Below, piece after piece: positions 44,028-46,353 of a stretch of DNA of 46,353 nt. Position 1 is the first letter of the stretch. The number at the start of each line of letters is the position of its first letter. The stretch lies in IMG/VR virus record IMGVR_UViG_3300032035_000006, positions 1 through 46,353 of that record; one strand, 5' to 3'. The stretch comes from a virus. Its lineage: Duplodnaviria > Caudoviricetes. The translations under genes were made by a program, and so were the position numbers. The notes beneath the pieces are model-generated. The model searched no databases. It saw nothing but the letters and a program-made list of their open reading frames with translations, and was not told the origin of the DNA.

Positions 44028-45590
44028 ATGACTGACTTCACCCGCAGGACCTTCATCAGAGCTGGCGTGCTCGGCGGCACCGTCGCGCTGCTGCCCTGGG
44101 GCGGCCGGGCCGTGGCCGGCACCGCCTCGGCCGCGGCTGGCGCGGTGCAGCCCGGCCAGCCCGTCCCGACCGGCGGCAAGATGCTCGCCCCGATGGCGTT
44201 CATGTTCCCCGACCTCCCCCCGTTCGTGCCGGACCCGGACCCCGACACCGCCACCACCGAGCTGATGGCGCTGGCTAACACCCTGCTCGATCCCAACGTC
44301 ACCGCCGGGCCGGGAAACCGGGACCAGGTGGGCAGTTTCGGCAGCTCGCTGACGTATCTCGGGCAATTCATCGACCACGACAACTTCCTGGACGGCGAGC
44401 CGCAGCCGACCGCGTTCTTCGGCCGCGACAACCAGGGCAACCTGCTCGACCCGGACGGCAGCATCGTCTTCAACCTGGAATCATTCAGGTTTGACCTGAG
44501 CAGCGTGTACGGTGGCGGGCCGGCGGTCTCGCCGCAGCTCTACGCCAGCGACGGGGTGCGGATGCTGGTCCAGGAGGACAACGGCAACGGGGTCCGGGAC
44601 CTGCCCCGCGACAGCTCCGGGGTCGCGATCCTCGTCGAGCACCGCAACGACGAGAACGAGATCATCGCCCAGGTGCACGTCGCGTTCCTGAAGTTCCACA
44701 ACGCGGTGGCCGACGCCATGCCCGGCGCGGGCTTCGACCAGGTGGCCGCCACCGTGCGCCGGCATTACCAGTGGATCGTGATCCACCAGTTCCTGCCGCA
44801 CATCTGCGGGGACGGCGTGGTCTCCGGCCTGCTCGACGGGTCCATCCCCAGCCTGTACAAGGCCGGCAACCCGAACGCGCCGCTGGTCCCGGTCGAGATG
44901 CAGGTCGCCGCCTACAGGTTCGGCCACAGCATGGTCAGGAAGGCCTACGAGCTGACGGTCAGCACCGGCAAGCTCCAGGTCTTCAACGGGACTGCCGCTG
45001 ACCTGCACGGAGGCCGCCCGATCCCCAGCGGGAGGCAGATCGACTGGGGCAACTTCGTGCTGCCGCTGCAGCGTCCCGAGAACGCCGCGCACTTCAACAA
45101 CCCGCGGTTCATCGACACCCTGGTCAGCTCCGGCCTGTTCACGCTGCCGATCGGCGGCCCCGGCGGCGCCGAGGCGTCCGGGTCGACGGTGCTGCCGTTC
45201 CGCAACCTGCTCAGGGGCTTCCGGTACGGCCTGCCCAGCGGGCAGGACGTCGCCGCGGCGATGGGCGAGACGGTGATCAGCCCCGCGGACGCGCTGCCGG
45301 ACAACGTCGACAGCGCCGCCATCACGGCCGGGTTCTCGGGCGGCACGCCGCTGTGGTTCTACGTCCTGCGGGAGGCGGAGCTGGGCGGCGGGCTGACCCT
45401 GGGCCGGACCGGAGCCCGGCTGGTCGCCGACTCGTTCCTGGGCTCCATGACCGCGGACAAGGACGGGCTGCTGCACGACAACAGCCCGACCAGCCGGCGG
45501 TGGCAGCCCGTCCCGCCGATCGCCCCGGCCCCGGGGCAGTTTGGCCTGGAGGATCTCCTCGTGTTCGCCGGCGTGGCCGCCCGGCCCTGA
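44028..45590 (+). CDS. Tat-secreted heme peroxidase (peroxidase-cyclooxygenase / An_peroxidase family)
   Basis: TRRTFIR Tat signal; YLGQFIDHD, RNDEN..IAQVH..FLKFHN, AAYRFGHSMVR, GLPSGQDVA, TPLWFYVLREAE. Confidence 0.9.
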   Translation: MTDFTRRTFIRAGVLGGTVALLPWGGRAVAGTASAAAGAVQPGQPVPTGGKMLAPMAFMFPDLPPFVPDPDPDTATTELMALANTLLDPNVTAGPGNRDQVGSFGSSLTYLGQFIDHDNFLDGEPQPTAFFGRDNQGNLLDPDGSIVFNLESFRFDLSSVYGGGPAVSPQLYASDGVRMLVQEDNGNGVRDLPRDSSGVAILVEHRNDENEIIAQVHVAFLKFHNAVADAMPGAGFDQVAATVRRHYQWIVIHQFLPHICGDGVVSGLLDGSIPSLYKAGNPNAPLVPVEMQVAAYRFGHSMVRKAYELTVSTGKLQVFNGTAADLHGGRPIPSGRQIDWGNFVLPLQRPENAAHFNNPRFIDTLVSSGLFTLPIGGPGGAEASGSTVLPFRNLLRGFRYGLPSGQDVAAAMGETVISPADALPDNVDSAAITAGFSGGTPLWFYVLREAELGGGLTLGRTGARLVADSFLGSMTADKDGLLHDNSPTSRRWQPVPPIAPAPGQFGLEDLLVFAGVAARP

Positions 45591-45754
45591 TCCGCCCCGC
45601 TGGCCTGGCCCCGCGCGGGCCGGACGATATGACCGGGTAACCGCCATCACGCGGCCAGGCCAGCCAGGTGGCTCCCCCCGAGGGGGCGGCGCAGGCCGGG
45701 CACCCTGACGGGTGCCGCTGCCTTCAGCGAAGCGCCTACGCAGGGAGCCCTGGA

Positions 45755-46353
45755 ATGCCGGACATCAGCCTCCTAGAGCCGGTCGTGCTCAGGGGAGTCG
45801 TGGAGAAGTTCGTCACCCCCGAAACGCTGGTGCTGCTGAACCGGCTGGATCAGACCCCCTGGCCTTTCCCGTCCGCGACATGGGACGTCATCAAGGGCTC
45901 GCGGATGGTCGCCAAGCCGAACGTCCCGAACAGCGAGGCGCACATCATCTCCCGGCTCGGCAGGAGCCAGGAGTCGGCTGCCTTTATCTATCTGCGGGAG
46001 AAGAAGGTCTTCGAGCCCACCACGCTGCACTGGCTGCGCGTGCCCGGTGAAATTGCCCGGGTAAACGCCGAGCAGGCGGTGCTCCGGGAGATCAACGACC
46101 TCAATATGAGGTTCGACAATTTCGCGGAATGGTCGTGTTGGCAGGCCCTGGGCGGCGGCATCAACTACAACTACGCGGACGTTTCCGCGGTAGTGAATTA
46201 CAAGTTCCCGGCGTCCCATTTCGTCACCCCGGCCACGCCGTGGGTGAACAACCCGTCGCTGACCTACTTCACCACGGGCGGCGCGACCGCCGGTACCGGC
46301 GCGGCCCAGGGCAACCCGCTCACGCTGGGCCAGGCCAACACCCGGCTGACCGG
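45755..46353 (+). CDS. Major capsid protein (lambda gpE-like), 3'-truncated
   Basis: SD AGGGAG, ATG 45755, open to window end; MPDISLLEPVVLRGVVEKF..LREKKVF..RFDNFAEWSCWQAL..VNYKFPASH. Confidence 0.85.
   Translation, partial: MPDISLLEPVVLRGVVEKFVTPETLVLLNRLDQTPWPFPSATWDVIKGSRMVAKPNVPNSEAHIISRLGRSQESAAFIYLREKKVFEPTTLHWLRVPGEIARVNAEQAVLREINDLNMRFDNFAEWSCWQALGGGINYNYADVSAVVNYKFPASHFVTPATPWVNNPSLTYFTTGGATAGTGAAQGNPLTLGQANTRLT

Overview
High-GC segment of a large tailed actinophage (filamentous-actinomycete host implied by TTA rarity and a Streptomyces-type RNase P fragment). 1-17.9 kb is a recombination/replication module: RecA, DUF932-like protein, split SbcC, SbcD, Cas4-like nuclease, beta clamp, DnaX, cold-shock protein, MazG-like protein and radical SAM, interleaved with HNH/endoVII genes and a GH25 endolysin. 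17.9-20.4 kb is a glycosyltransferase/methyltransferase cassette. 22.5-27.6 kb holds head-associated genes and TerL. 28.3-32 kb is an RNA array of about 19 tRNA genes, a circularly permuted tRNA-like element, the 3' half of an RNase P RNA fused to a truncated tRNA-Phe, and several orphan hairpin RNAs. 33.4-36 kb is a TROVE/Ro-like-TerD gene followed by 3-4 tandem structured ncRNAs. 36-46.3 kb is the head module (portal, MuF, protease/scaffold, decoration, a Tat-secreted heme peroxidase, major capsid). Main highlights: (1) the portal N-terminus is broken by three matched-codon/TTA 'hop' elements, with a fourth in a head-associated gene, implying bldA-sensing translational bypassing; (2) a candidate Ro/Y-RNA-like RNP system with a new RNA motif; (3) permuted and fragmented RNA genes in the tRNA array; (4) a shared CTTGAC-N4-GTCAAG operator on three sigma70-type promoters. 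All family calls come from motif recognition only; no searches were run.
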